NCBI GenBank assembly: GCA_040954595.2
Contig: CM082595.2
Coordinates: forward strand, 8,724,317 to 8,788,316
Origin: Balanoglossus misakiensis
Taxonomy: Eukaryota; Animalia; Hemichordata
Length of the DNA stretch: 64,000 nucleotides
Reading direction: 5' to 3'
Shown here one piece after another: positions 53,701-64,000 of this stretch. A program made the position numbers and the translations under genes. Each line of letters opens with the position of its first letter. Within the stretch, counting starts at the first letter, position 1. Below the pieces are notes generated by a model that was given only the letters and a program-made list of their open reading frames with translations, did not search any database and was not told the DNA's origin.

Positions 53701-56700
53701 GAAAATCATCAAAAAATGACATATTTTCGACTTTGCAAAATCTCAAAATTTCGTCAATTTTTGAAAAAATCATGGGTGAAAATCATCAAAAAATGACACA
53801 TTTTCGACTTTGCAAAATCTCAAAATTTCGTCAATTTTTGAAAAAATCATGGGTGAAAATCATCAAAAAATGACAAAAATTTTCGACTTTGCAAAATCTC
53901 AAAATTTCGTCGATTTTGAAAAAAATCATAGGTTCGTCGATTTTTTAAAAAAAAACATGGGTGAAAATCATCAAAAAATGACAAATTTTTGACTTTGCAA
54001 AATCTCACAATTTCGTCGATTTTTGAAAAAAATCATGGGTGAAAATCATCAAAAAATGACAAATTTTCGACTTTGCAAAATCTCAAAATTTCGTCAATTT
54101 TTGAAAAAAATCATGGGTTCGTCGATTTTTTAAAAACAACATTGGTGAAAATCATCAAAAAAGACAAATTTTTGACTTTGCAAAATCTCACAATTTCGTC
54201 GATTTTTGAAAAAAATAATGGTTGAAAATCATCAAAAAATGACAAATTTTCGACTTTGCAAAATCTCAAAATTTCGTCAATTTTTGAAAAAATCATGGGT
54301 GAAAATCATCAAAAAATGACAAATTTTGAAAAAACGGGCGAAAATCATCAAAAACGACAAATTTTCGTCTTTGCAAAATCTCAAATTTTCGTCGATTTTT
54401 GAAAAAAAATCATGGGCGAAAATCATCAAAAAATGAAAAATTTTCGACTTTGCAAAATCTCAAAATTTCGTCGATTTTGAAAAAAATCATGGGTTCGTCG
54501 ATTTTTTAAAAACAACATTGGTGAAAATCATCAAAAAATGACAAATTTTCGACTTTGCAAAATCTCAAAATTTCGTCGATTTAAAAAAAAAAATCATGGA
54601 TGAAAATCATCAAAAAATGAAAAATTTTCGACTTCGCAAAATCTCAAAATTTTGTCTTTTTTTGAAAAAAATCATAGGTGAAAATTATCAAAAAATGACA
54701 AATTTTCGACTTTGCAAAAGCTCAAAATTTCGTCCATTTTTGAAAAAAAATCATGGGTGAAAATCATCAAAAAATGACAAAATTTTCAACTTTGCAAAAT
54801 CTCATAATTTCGTCGATTTTTGAAAAAAAATCATGGGTGAAAATCATCAAAAAATGACAAAATTTTCGACTTTGTAAAATCACAAAATTTCGTCGATTTC
54901 GAAAAAAATCATAGGTTCGTCGATTTTTAAAAAAAAACATGGGTGAAAATCATCAAAAAATGACAAATTTTCGTCTTTGCAAAATCTCAAATTTTCGTCG
55001 ATTTTTGAAAAAAAATCATGGGTGAAAATCATCAAAAAATGAAAAATTTTCGACTTTGCAAAATCTCAAAATTTCGTCAATTTTTGAAAAAATCATGGGT
55101 GAAAATCATCAAAAAATGACAAATTTTTGACTGCAAAATCTCAAAATTTCGTTGATTTTTGAAAAAAATAATGGTTGAAAATCATCAAAAAATGACAAAT
55201 TTTCGACTTTGCAAAATCTCAAAATTTCGTCGATTTTGAAAAAAATCATGGGTTCGTCGATTTTTTAAAAACAACATTGGTGAATATCATCAAAAACTGA
55301 CAAATTTTTGACTTTGCAAAATCTCACAATGTCGTCGATTTTTGAAAAAAATCATGGTTGAAAATCATCAAAAAATGACAAATTTTCGACTTTGCAAAAT
55401 CTCAAAATTTCGTCAATTTTTGAAAAAATCATGGGTTCGTCGATTTTTTAAAAACAACATTGGTGAAAATCATCAAAAAATGACAAATTTTTGACTTCGC
55501 AAAATCTCACAATTTCGTCGATTTTTGAAAAAAATAATGGTTGAAAATCATCAAAAAATGACATATTTTCGACTTTGCAAAATCTCAAAATTTCGTCAAT
55601 TTTTGAAAAAATCATGGGTGAAAATCATCAAAAAATGACACATTTTCGACTTTGCAAAATCTCAAAATTTCGTCAATTTTTGAAAAAATCATGGGTGAAA
55701 ATCATCAAAAAATGACAAAAATTTTCGACTTTGCAAAATCTCAAAATTTCGTCGATTTTGAAAAAAATCATAGGTTCGTCGATTTTTTAAAAAAAAACAT
55801 GGGTGAAAATCATCAAAAAATGACAAATTTTTGACTTTGCAAAATCTCACAATTTCGTCGATTTTTGAAAAAAATCATGGGTGAAAATCATCAAAAAATG
55901 ACAAATTTTCGACTTTGCAAAATCTCAAAATTTCGTCAATTTTTGAAAAAAATCATGGGTTCGTCGATTTTTTAAAAACAACATTGGTGAAAATCATCAA
56001 AAAAGACAAATTTTTGACTTTGCAAAATCTCACAATTTCGTCGATTTTTGAAAAAAATAATGGTTGAAAATCATCAAAAAATGACAAATTTTCGACTTTG
56101 CAAAATCTCAAAATTTCGTCAATTTTTGAAAAAATCATGGGTGAAAATCATCAAAAAATGACAAATTTTGAAAAAACGGGCGAAAATCATCAAAAAATGA
56201 CACATTTTCGACTTTGCAAAATCTCAAAATTTCGTCAATTTTTGAAAAAATCATGGGTGAAAATCAGCAAAAAATGACAAATTTTGAAAAAAACGGGTGA
56301 AAATCATCAAAAACGACAAATTTTCGTCTTTGCAAAATCTCAAATTTTCGTCGATTTTTGAAAAAAAATCATGGGCGAAAATCATCAAAAAATGAAAAAT
56401 TTTCGACTTTGCAAAATCTCAAAATTTCGTCGATTTTGAAAAAAATCATGGGTTCGTCGATTTTTTAAAAACAACATTGGTGAAAATCATCAAAAAATGA
56501 CAAATTTTCGACTTTGCAAAATCTCAAAATTTCGTCGATTTAAAAAAAAAAATCATGGATGAAAATCATCAAAAAATGAAAAATTTTCGACTTCGCAAAA
56601 TCTCAAAATTTTGTCTTTTTTTGAAAAAAATCATAGGTGAAAATTATCAAAAAATGACAAATTTTCGACTTTGCAAAAGCTCAAAATTTCGTCCATTTTT

Positions 56701-58614
56701 GAAAAAAAATCATGGGTGAAAATCATCAAAAAATGACAAAATTTTCAACTTTGCAAAATCTCATAATTTCGTCGATTTTTGAAAAAAAATCATGGGTGAA
56801 AATCATCAAAAAATGACAAAATTTTCGACTTTGTAAAATCACAAAATTTCGTCGATTTCGAAAAAAATCATAGGTTCGTCGATTTTTAAAAAAAAAACAT
56901 GGGTGAAAATCATCAAAAAATGACAAATTTTCGACTTTGCAAAATCTCACAATTTCGTCGATTTTTGAAAAAAATCATGGGAGAAAATCATCAAAAAATG
57001 ACAAATTTTCGACTTTGCAAAATCTCAACATTTCGTCGATTTTTGAAAAAAATAATGGATGAAAATCATCAAAAAATGACAAATTTTCGACTTTGCAAAA
57101 TCTCAAAATTTCGTCAATTTTTGAAAAAATCATGGGTGAAAATCATCAAAAAATGACAAAATTTTCGACTTTGCAAAATCTCATAATTTCGTCGATTTTG
57201 AAAAAAATCATAGGTTCGTCGATTTTTAAAAAAAAAACCTGGGTGAAAATCATCAAAAAATGACAAATTTTTTACTTTGCAAAATCTCACAATTTCGTCA
57301 ATTTTTGAAAAAAATCATGGGTGAAAATCATCAAAAAATGTCAAATTTTTCGACTTTGCAAAATCTCAAAATTTCGTCGATTTTGAAAAAAATCATAGGT
57401 TCGTCGATTTTTTAAAAAAAAACATGGGTGAATATCATCAAAAAATGACAAATTTTCGACTTTGCAAAATCTCACAATTTCGTCGATTTTTGAAAAAAAT
57501 CATGGGTGAAAATCATCAAAAAATGACAAATTTTCGACTTTGCAAAATCTCAAAATTTCGTCAATTTTTGAAAAAATCATGGGTTCGTCGATTTTTTAAA
57601 AACAACATTGGTGAAAATCATCAAAAAATGACAAATTTTTGACTTTGCAAAATCTCACAATTTCGTCGATTTTTGAAAAAAATAATGGTTGAAAATCATC
57701 AAAAAATGACAAATTTTCGACTTTGCAAAATCTCAAAATTTCATCAATTTTTGAAAAAATCATGGGTGAAAATCATCAAAAAATGACAAATTTTGAAAAA
57801 AACGGGTGAAAATCATCAAAAAATGACACATTTTCGACTTTGCAAAATCTCAAAATTTCGTCAATTTTTGAAAAAATCATGGGTGAAAATCATCAAAAAA
57901 TGACAAAATTTTCGACTTTGCAAAATCTCATAATTTCGTCGATTTTGAAAAAAATCATAGGTTCGTCGATTTTTAAAAAAAAAACCTGGGTGAAAATCAT
58001 CAAAAAATGACAAATTTTTTACTTTGCAAAATCTCACAATTTCGTCAATTTTTGAAAAAAATCATGGGTGAAAATCATCAAAAAATGTCAAATTTTTCGA
58101 CTTTGCAAAATCTCAAAATTTCGTCGATTTTGAAAAAAATCATAGGTTCGTCGATTTTTTAAAAAAAAACATGGGTGAATATCATCAAAAAATGACAAAT
58201 TTTCGACTTTGCAAAATCTCAAAATTTCGTCAATTTTTGAAAAAATCATGGGTGAAAATCATCAAAAAATGACAAAATTTTCGACTTTGCAAAATCTCAA
58301 AATTTCGTCGATTTTGAAAAAAATCACAGGTTCGTCGATTTTTTAAAAACAACATTGGTGAAAATCATCAAAAAAGACAAATTTTTTACTTTGCAAAATC
58401 TCACAATTTCGTCGATTTTTGAAAAAAATAATGGTTGAAAATCATCAAAAAATGACAAATTTTCGACATTGCAAAATCTCAAAATTTCGTCAATTTTTGA
58501 AAAAATCATGGGTGAAAATCATCAAAAAATGACAAATTTTGAAAAAAACGGGCGAAAATCATCAAAAAATGACGCATTTTCGACTTTGCAAAATCTCAAA
58601 ATTTCGTCAATTTT
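50778..58614 (+). repeat. Copy 2 of ~7.84-kb direct duplication
   Basis: Same 14,819-bp offset and the same shared rare variants as copy 1. Confidence 0.92.
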
Positions 58615-61539
58615 TGAAAAAATCATGGGTGAAAATCATCAAAAAATGACAAATTTTGAAAAAAACGGGTGAAAATCATCAAAAACGACAAATTTTCGTC
58701 TTTGCAAAATCTCAAATTTTCGTCGATTTTTGAAAAAAAATCATGGGTGAAAATCATCAAAAAATGAAAAATTTTCGAATTTGCAAAATCTCAAAATTTC
58801 GTCGATTTTTGAAAAAAAATAATGGTTGAAAATCATCAAAAAATGACAAATTTTGAAAAAACGGGCGAAAATCATCAAAAAATGACACATTTTCGACTTT
58901 GCAAAATCTCAAAATTTCGTCAATTTTTGAAAAAATCATGGGTGAAAATCAGCAAAAAATGACAAATTTTGAAAAAAACGGGTGAAAATCATCAAAAACG
59001 ACAAATTTTCGTCTTTGCAAAATCTCAAATTTTCGTCGATTTTTGAAAAAAAATCATGGGCGAAAATCATCAAAAAATGAAAAATTTTCGACTTTGCAAA
59101 ATCTCAAAATTTCGTCGATTTTGAAAAAAATCATGGGTTCGTCGATTTTTTAAAAACAACATTGGTGAAAATCATCAAAAAATGACAAATTTTCGACTTT
59201 GCAAAATCTCAAAATTTCGTCGATTTAAAAAAAAAAATCATGGATGAAAATCATCAAAAAATGAAAAATTTTCGACTTCGCAAAATCTCAAAATTTTGTC
59301 TTTTTTTGAAAAAAATCATAGGTGAAAATTATCAAAAAATGACAAATTTTCGACTTTGCAAAAGCTCAAAATTTCGTCCATTTTTGAAAAAAAATCATGG
59401 GTGAAAATCATCAAAAAATGACAAAATTTTCAACTTTGCAAAATCTCATAATTTCGTCGATTTTTGAAAAAAAATCATGGGTGAAAATCATCAAAAAATG
59501 ACAAAATTTTCGACTTTGTAAAATCACAAAATTTCGTCGATTTCGAAAAAAATCATAGGTTCGTCGATTTTTAAAAAAAAAACATGGGTGAAAATCATCA
59601 AAAAATGACAAATTTTCGACTTTGCAAAATCTCACAATTTCGTCGATTTTTGAAAAAAATCATGGGAGAAAATCATCAAAAAATGACAAATTTTCGACTT
59701 TGCAAAATCTCAACATTTCGTCGATTTTTGAAAAAAATAATGGATGAAAATCATCAAAAAATGACAAATTTTCGACTTTGCAAAATCTCAAAATTTCGTC
59801 AATTTTTGAAAAAATCATGGGTGAAAATCATCAAAAAATGACAAAATTTTCGACTTTGCAAAATCTCATAATTTCGTCGATTTTGAAAAAAATCATAGGT
59901 TCGTCGATTTTTAAAAAAAAAACCTGGGTGAAAATCATCAAAAAATGACAAATTTTTTACTTTGCAAAATCTCACAATTTCGTCAATTTTTGAAAAAAAT
60001 CATGGGTGAAAATCATCAAAAAATGTCAAATTTTTCGACTTTGCAAAATCTCAAAATTTCGTCGATTTTGAAAAAAATCATAGGTTCGTCGATTTTTTAA
60101 AAAAAAACATGGGTGAATATCATCAAAAAATGACAAATTTTCGACTTTGCAAAATCTCACAATTTCGTCGATTTTTGAAAAAAATCATGGGTGAAAATCA
60201 TCAAAAAATGACAAATTTTCGACTTTGCAAAATCTCAAAATTTCGTCAATTTTTGAAAAAATCATGGGTTCGTCGATTTTTTAAAAACAACATTGGTGAA
60301 AATCATCAAAAAATGACAAATTTTTGACTTTGCAAAATCTCACAATTTCGTCGATTTTTGAAAAAAATAATGGTTGAAAATCATCAAAAAATGACAAATT
60401 TTCGACTTTGCAAAATCTCAAAATTTCATCAATTTTTGAAAAAATCATGGGTGAAAATCATCAAAAAATGACAAATTTTGAAAAAAACGGGTGAAAATCA
60501 TCAAAAAATGACACATTTTCGACTTTGCAAAATCTCAAAATTTCGTCAATTTTTGAAAAAATCATGGGTGAAAATCATCAAAAAATGACAAAATTTTCGA
60601 CTTTGCAAAATCTCATAATTTCGTCGATTTTGAAAAAAATCATAGGTTCGTCGATTTTTAAAAAAAAAACCTGGGTGAAAATCATCAAAAAATGACAAAT
60701 TTTTTACTTTGCAAAATCTCACAATTTCGTCAATTTTTGAAAAAAATCATGGGTGAAAATCATCAAAAAATGTCAAATTTTTCGACTTTGCAAAATCTCA
60801 AAATTTCGTCGATTTTGAAAAAAATCATAGGTTCGTCGATTTTTTAAAAAAAAACATGGGTGAATATCATCAAAAAATGACAAATTTTCGACTTTGCAAA
60901 ATCTCAAAATTTCGTCAATTTTTGAAAAAATCATGGGTGAAAATCATCAAAAAATGACAAAATTTTCGACTTTGCAAAATCTCAAAATTTCGTCGATTTT
61001 GAAAAAAATCACAGGTTCGTCGATTTTTTAAAAACAACATTGGTGAAAATCATCAAAAAAGACAAATTTTTTACTTTGCAAAATCTCACAATTTCGTCGA
61101 TTTTTGAAAAAAATAATGGTTGAAAATCATCAAAAAATGACAAATTTTCGACATTGCAAAATCTCAAAATTTCGTCAATTTTTGAAAAAATCATGGGTGA
61201 AAATCATCAAAAAATGACAAATTTTGAAAAAAACGGGCGAAAATCATCAAAAAATGACGCATTTTCGACTTTGCAAAATCTCAAAATTTCGTCAATTTTT
61301 GAAAAAATCATGGGTGAAAATCATCAAAAAATGACAAATTTTGAAAAAAACGGGTGAAAATCATCAAAAACGACAAATTTTCGTCTTTGCAAAATCTCAA
61401 ATTTTCGTCGATTTTTGAAAAAAAATCATGGGTGAAAATCATCAAAAAATGAAAAATTTTCGAATTTGCAAAATCTCAAAATTTCGTCGATTTTTGAAAA
61501 AAAATAATGGTTGAAAATCATCAAAAAATGACAAATTTT
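56142..61539 (+). repeat. Tandem duplication, 2,685-bp unit x2
   Basis: ORF offsets 56726/59411, 57424/60109 and 58469/61154 are all 2685. The ATCAGCAA variant occurs at 56267 and 58952. The junction is at ~58827. Confidence 0.9.
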
Positions 61540-63370
61540 CGACTTTGCAAAATCTCAAAATTTCGTCGATTTTGAAAAAAATCATGGGTTCGTCGATTTT
61601 TTAAAAACAACATTGGTGAAAATCGTCAAAAAATGACAAATTTTCGACTTTGCAAAATCTCAAAATTTCGTCGATTTAAAAAAAAAAATCATGGATGAAA
61701 ATCATCAAAAAATGAAAAATTTTCGACTTCGTAAAATCTCAAAATTTTGTCTTTTTGTGAAAAAAATCATAGGTGAAAATTATCAAAAAATGACAAATTT
61801 TCGACTTTGCAAAAGCTCAAAATTTCGTCCATTTTTGAAAAAAAATCATGGGTGAAAATCATCAAAAAATGACAAAATTTTCAACTTTGCAAAATCTCAT
61901 AATTTCGTCGATTTTTGAAAAAAAATCATGGGTGAAAATCATCAAAAAATGACAAAATTTTCGACTTTGTAAAATCACACAATTTCGTCGATTTTGAAAA
62001 AAATCATAGGTTCGTCGATTTTTAAAAAAAAACATGGGTGAAAATCATCAAAAAACGACAAATTTTCGACTTTGCAAAATCTCAAAATTTCGTCGATTTT
62101 TGAAAAAAATCATGGGAGAAAATCATCAAAAAATAACAAATTTTCGACTTTGCAAAATCTCAACATTTCGTCGATTTTTGAAAAAAATAATGGGTGAAAA
62201 TCATCAAAAAATGACAAATTTTCGACTTTGCAAAATCTCAAAATTTCGTCAATTTTTGAAAAAATCATGGGTGAAAATCATCAAAAAATGACAAATTTTG
62301 AAAAAACGGGCGAAAATCATCAAAAAATGACGCATTTTCGACTTTGCAAAATCTCAAAATTTCGTCAATTTTTGAAAAAATCATGGGTGAAAATCATCAA
62401 AAAATGACAAATTTTGAAAAAAACGGGTGAAAATCATCAAAAACGACAAATTTTCGTCTTTGCAAAATCTCAAATTTTCGTCGATTTTTGAAAAAAAATC
62501 ATGGGTGAAAATCATCAAAAAATGAAAAATTTTCGAATTTGCAAAATCTCAAAATTTCGTCGATTTTTGAAAAAAAATAATGGTTGAAAATCATCAAAAA
62601 ATGACAAATTTTCGACTTTGCAAAATCTCAAAATTTCGTCGATTTTGAAAAAAATCATGGGTTCGTCGATTTTTTAAAAACAACATTGGTGAAAATCGTC
62701 AAAAAATGACAAATTTTCGACTTTGCAAAATCTCAAAATTTCGTCGATTTAAAAAAAAAAATCATGGATGAAAATCATCAAAAAATGAAAAATTTTCGAC
62801 TTCGTAAAATCTCAAAATTTTGTCTTTTTGTGAAAAAAATCATAGGTGAAAATTATCAAAAAATGACAAATTTTCGACTTTGCAAAAGCTCAAAATTTCG
62901 TCCATTTTTGAAAAAAAATCATGGGTGAAAATCATCAAAAAATGACAAAATTTTCAACTTTGCAAAATCTCATAATTTCGTCGATTTTTGAAAAAAAATC
63001 ATGGGTGAAAATCATCAAAAAATGACAAAATTTTCGACTTTGTAAAATCACACAATTTCGTCGATTTTGAAAAAAATCATAGGTTCGTCGATTTTTTAAA
63101 AAAAAACATGGGTGAAAATCATCAAAAAACGACAAATTTTCGACTTTGCAAAATCTCAAAATTTCGTCGATTTTTGAAAAAAATCATGGGAGAAAATCAT
63201 CAAAAAATGACAAATTTTCGACTTTGCAAAATCTCAACATTTCGTCGATTTTTGAAAAAAATAATGGGTGAAAATCATCAAAAAATGACAAATTTTCGAC
63301 TTTGCAAAATCTCAAAATTTCGTCAATTTTTGAAAAAATCATGGGTGAAAATCATCAAAAAATGACAAAA
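61215..63370 (+). repeat. Tandem duplication, ~1,073-bp unit x2
   Basis: Private variants AATCGTCAAA (61625/62698), CTTCGTAAAA and CTTTTTGTGA occur in both copies. ORFs start at 62034 and 63108. Confidence 0.82.
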
Positions 63371-64000
63371 TTTTCGACTTTGCAAAATCTCATAATTTCG
63401 TCGATTTTGAAAAAAATCATAGGTTCGTCGATTTTTTAAAAAAAAACATGGGTGAAAATCATCAAAAAATGACAAATTTTTGACTTTGCAAAATCTCACA
63501 ATTTCGTCGATTTTTGAAAAAAATCATGGGTGAAAATCATCAAAAAATGACAAATTTTCGACTTTGCAAAATCTCAAAATTTCGTCAATTTTTGAAAAAA
63601 TCATGGGTTCGTCGATTTTTTAAAAACAACATTGGTGAAAATCATCAAAAAAGACAAATTTTTTACTTTGCAAAATGTCACAATTTCGTCGATTTTTGAA
63701 AAAAATAATGGTTGAAAATCATCAAAAAATGACAAATTTTCGACTTTGCAAAATCTCAAAATTTCGTCAATTTTTGAAAAAATCATGGGTGAAAATCATC
63801 AAAAAATGACAAATTTTGAAAAAAACGGGCGAAAATCATCAAAAAATGACACATTTTCGACTTTGCAAAATCTCAAAATTTCGTCAATTTTTGAAAAAAT
63901 CATGGGTGAAAATCATCAAAAAATGACAAATTTTGAAAAAAACGGGTGAAAATCATCAAAAACGACAAATTTTCGTCTTTGCAAAATCTCAAATTTTCGT

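Larger units (their letters stand above)
1..64000 (+). repeat. Tandem satellite DNA array, 78-bp monomer (76-80 bp with homopolymer variation), head-to-tail, one orientation, roughly 800+ units, running off both window ends
   Basis: GGGTGAAAATCATCAAAAAATGACAAATTTTCGACTTTGCAAAATCTCAAAATTTCGTCGATTTTTGAAAAAAATCAT recurs continuously (e.g. starts at 387 and 465). The ORF track repeats the 26-aa unit MGENHQKMTNFRLCKISKFRRFLKKI (26x3=78). No non-repeat sequence was found. Confidence 0.99.

Noticed and set aside
328-63949. About 120 short ORFs encoding Lys/Phe-rich repeats (MGENHQKMTNFRLCKISKFRRFLKKI and other frames)
   Set aside because: The monomer is a multiple of 3 and has a stop-free frame, so ORFs arise automatically. 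They are broken every few monomers by homopolymer length changes and truncated units, occur on both strands and in several frames, and show no domain or gene structure.
1-64000. CRISPR-like array (partly palindromic repeats at regular spacing)
   Set aside because: There are no unique spacers, since the sequence between any repeated motif is itself repeated. There is also no leader and no cas gene.
1-64000. Transposon, retroelement or other insertion; strand inversion
   Set aside because: No non-satellite sequence, terminal repeat or reverse-orientation monomer (ATGATTTTCACCC on the + strand) was seen while reading through.
1-64000. Telomeric repeat, rDNA/5S or tRNA tandem array
   Set aside because: There is no short G-rich telomere unit. 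The 27% GC monomer has no tRNA cloverleaf, A/B boxes or rRNA similarity despite its tRNA-like length.
1-64000. Homopolymer length differences as sequencing error
   Set aside because: Run lengths are linked to specific substitutions (e.g. GTCAATTTTTG mostly with A6, GTCCA mostly with A8) and are preserved across duplicated blocks at constant offsets, so most are real. Isolated singletons could still be errors.
1-64000. Assignment to a named satellite family or species
   Set aside because: I do not recognise the consensus with confidence, and a database search is required.

Overview
The whole 64 kb is one uninterrupted, single-orientation, AT-rich (~27% GC) satellite DNA array. Its monomer is 78 bp (consensus GGGTGAAAATCATCAAAAAATGACAAATTTTCGACTTTGCAAAATCTCAAAATTTCGTCGATTTTTGAAAAAAATCAT), interspersed with two recurrent internally deleted derivatives of ~28 bp and ~40 bp. 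I see no unique sequence, gene, RNA gene, transposon or CRISPR spacer. Every ORF in the track is a read-through of the 26-codon monomer. The array looks like a eukaryotic (peri)centromeric or heterochromatic satellite, but the organism and family cannot be named from the sequence. Diagnostic variants define two sub-families (A: ~1-10 kb, returning at ~43.8-47.4 kb and ~50.1-50.8 kb; B: elsewhere). They also reveal nested, irregular higher-order duplications from ~0.3 to 7.8 kb. The most notable observations are: (1) each monomer is an imperfect ~56-bp palindrome centred on TTTGCAAA; (2) the 40-bp derivative creates a motif matching 8 of 9 core CENP-B-box positions; (3) all three CpGs show both C>T and G>A variants; (4) an A-type island is flanked by a 7.8-kb direct duplication. 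Coordinates were read by eye and from ORF-track offsets, so block boundaries are approximate.
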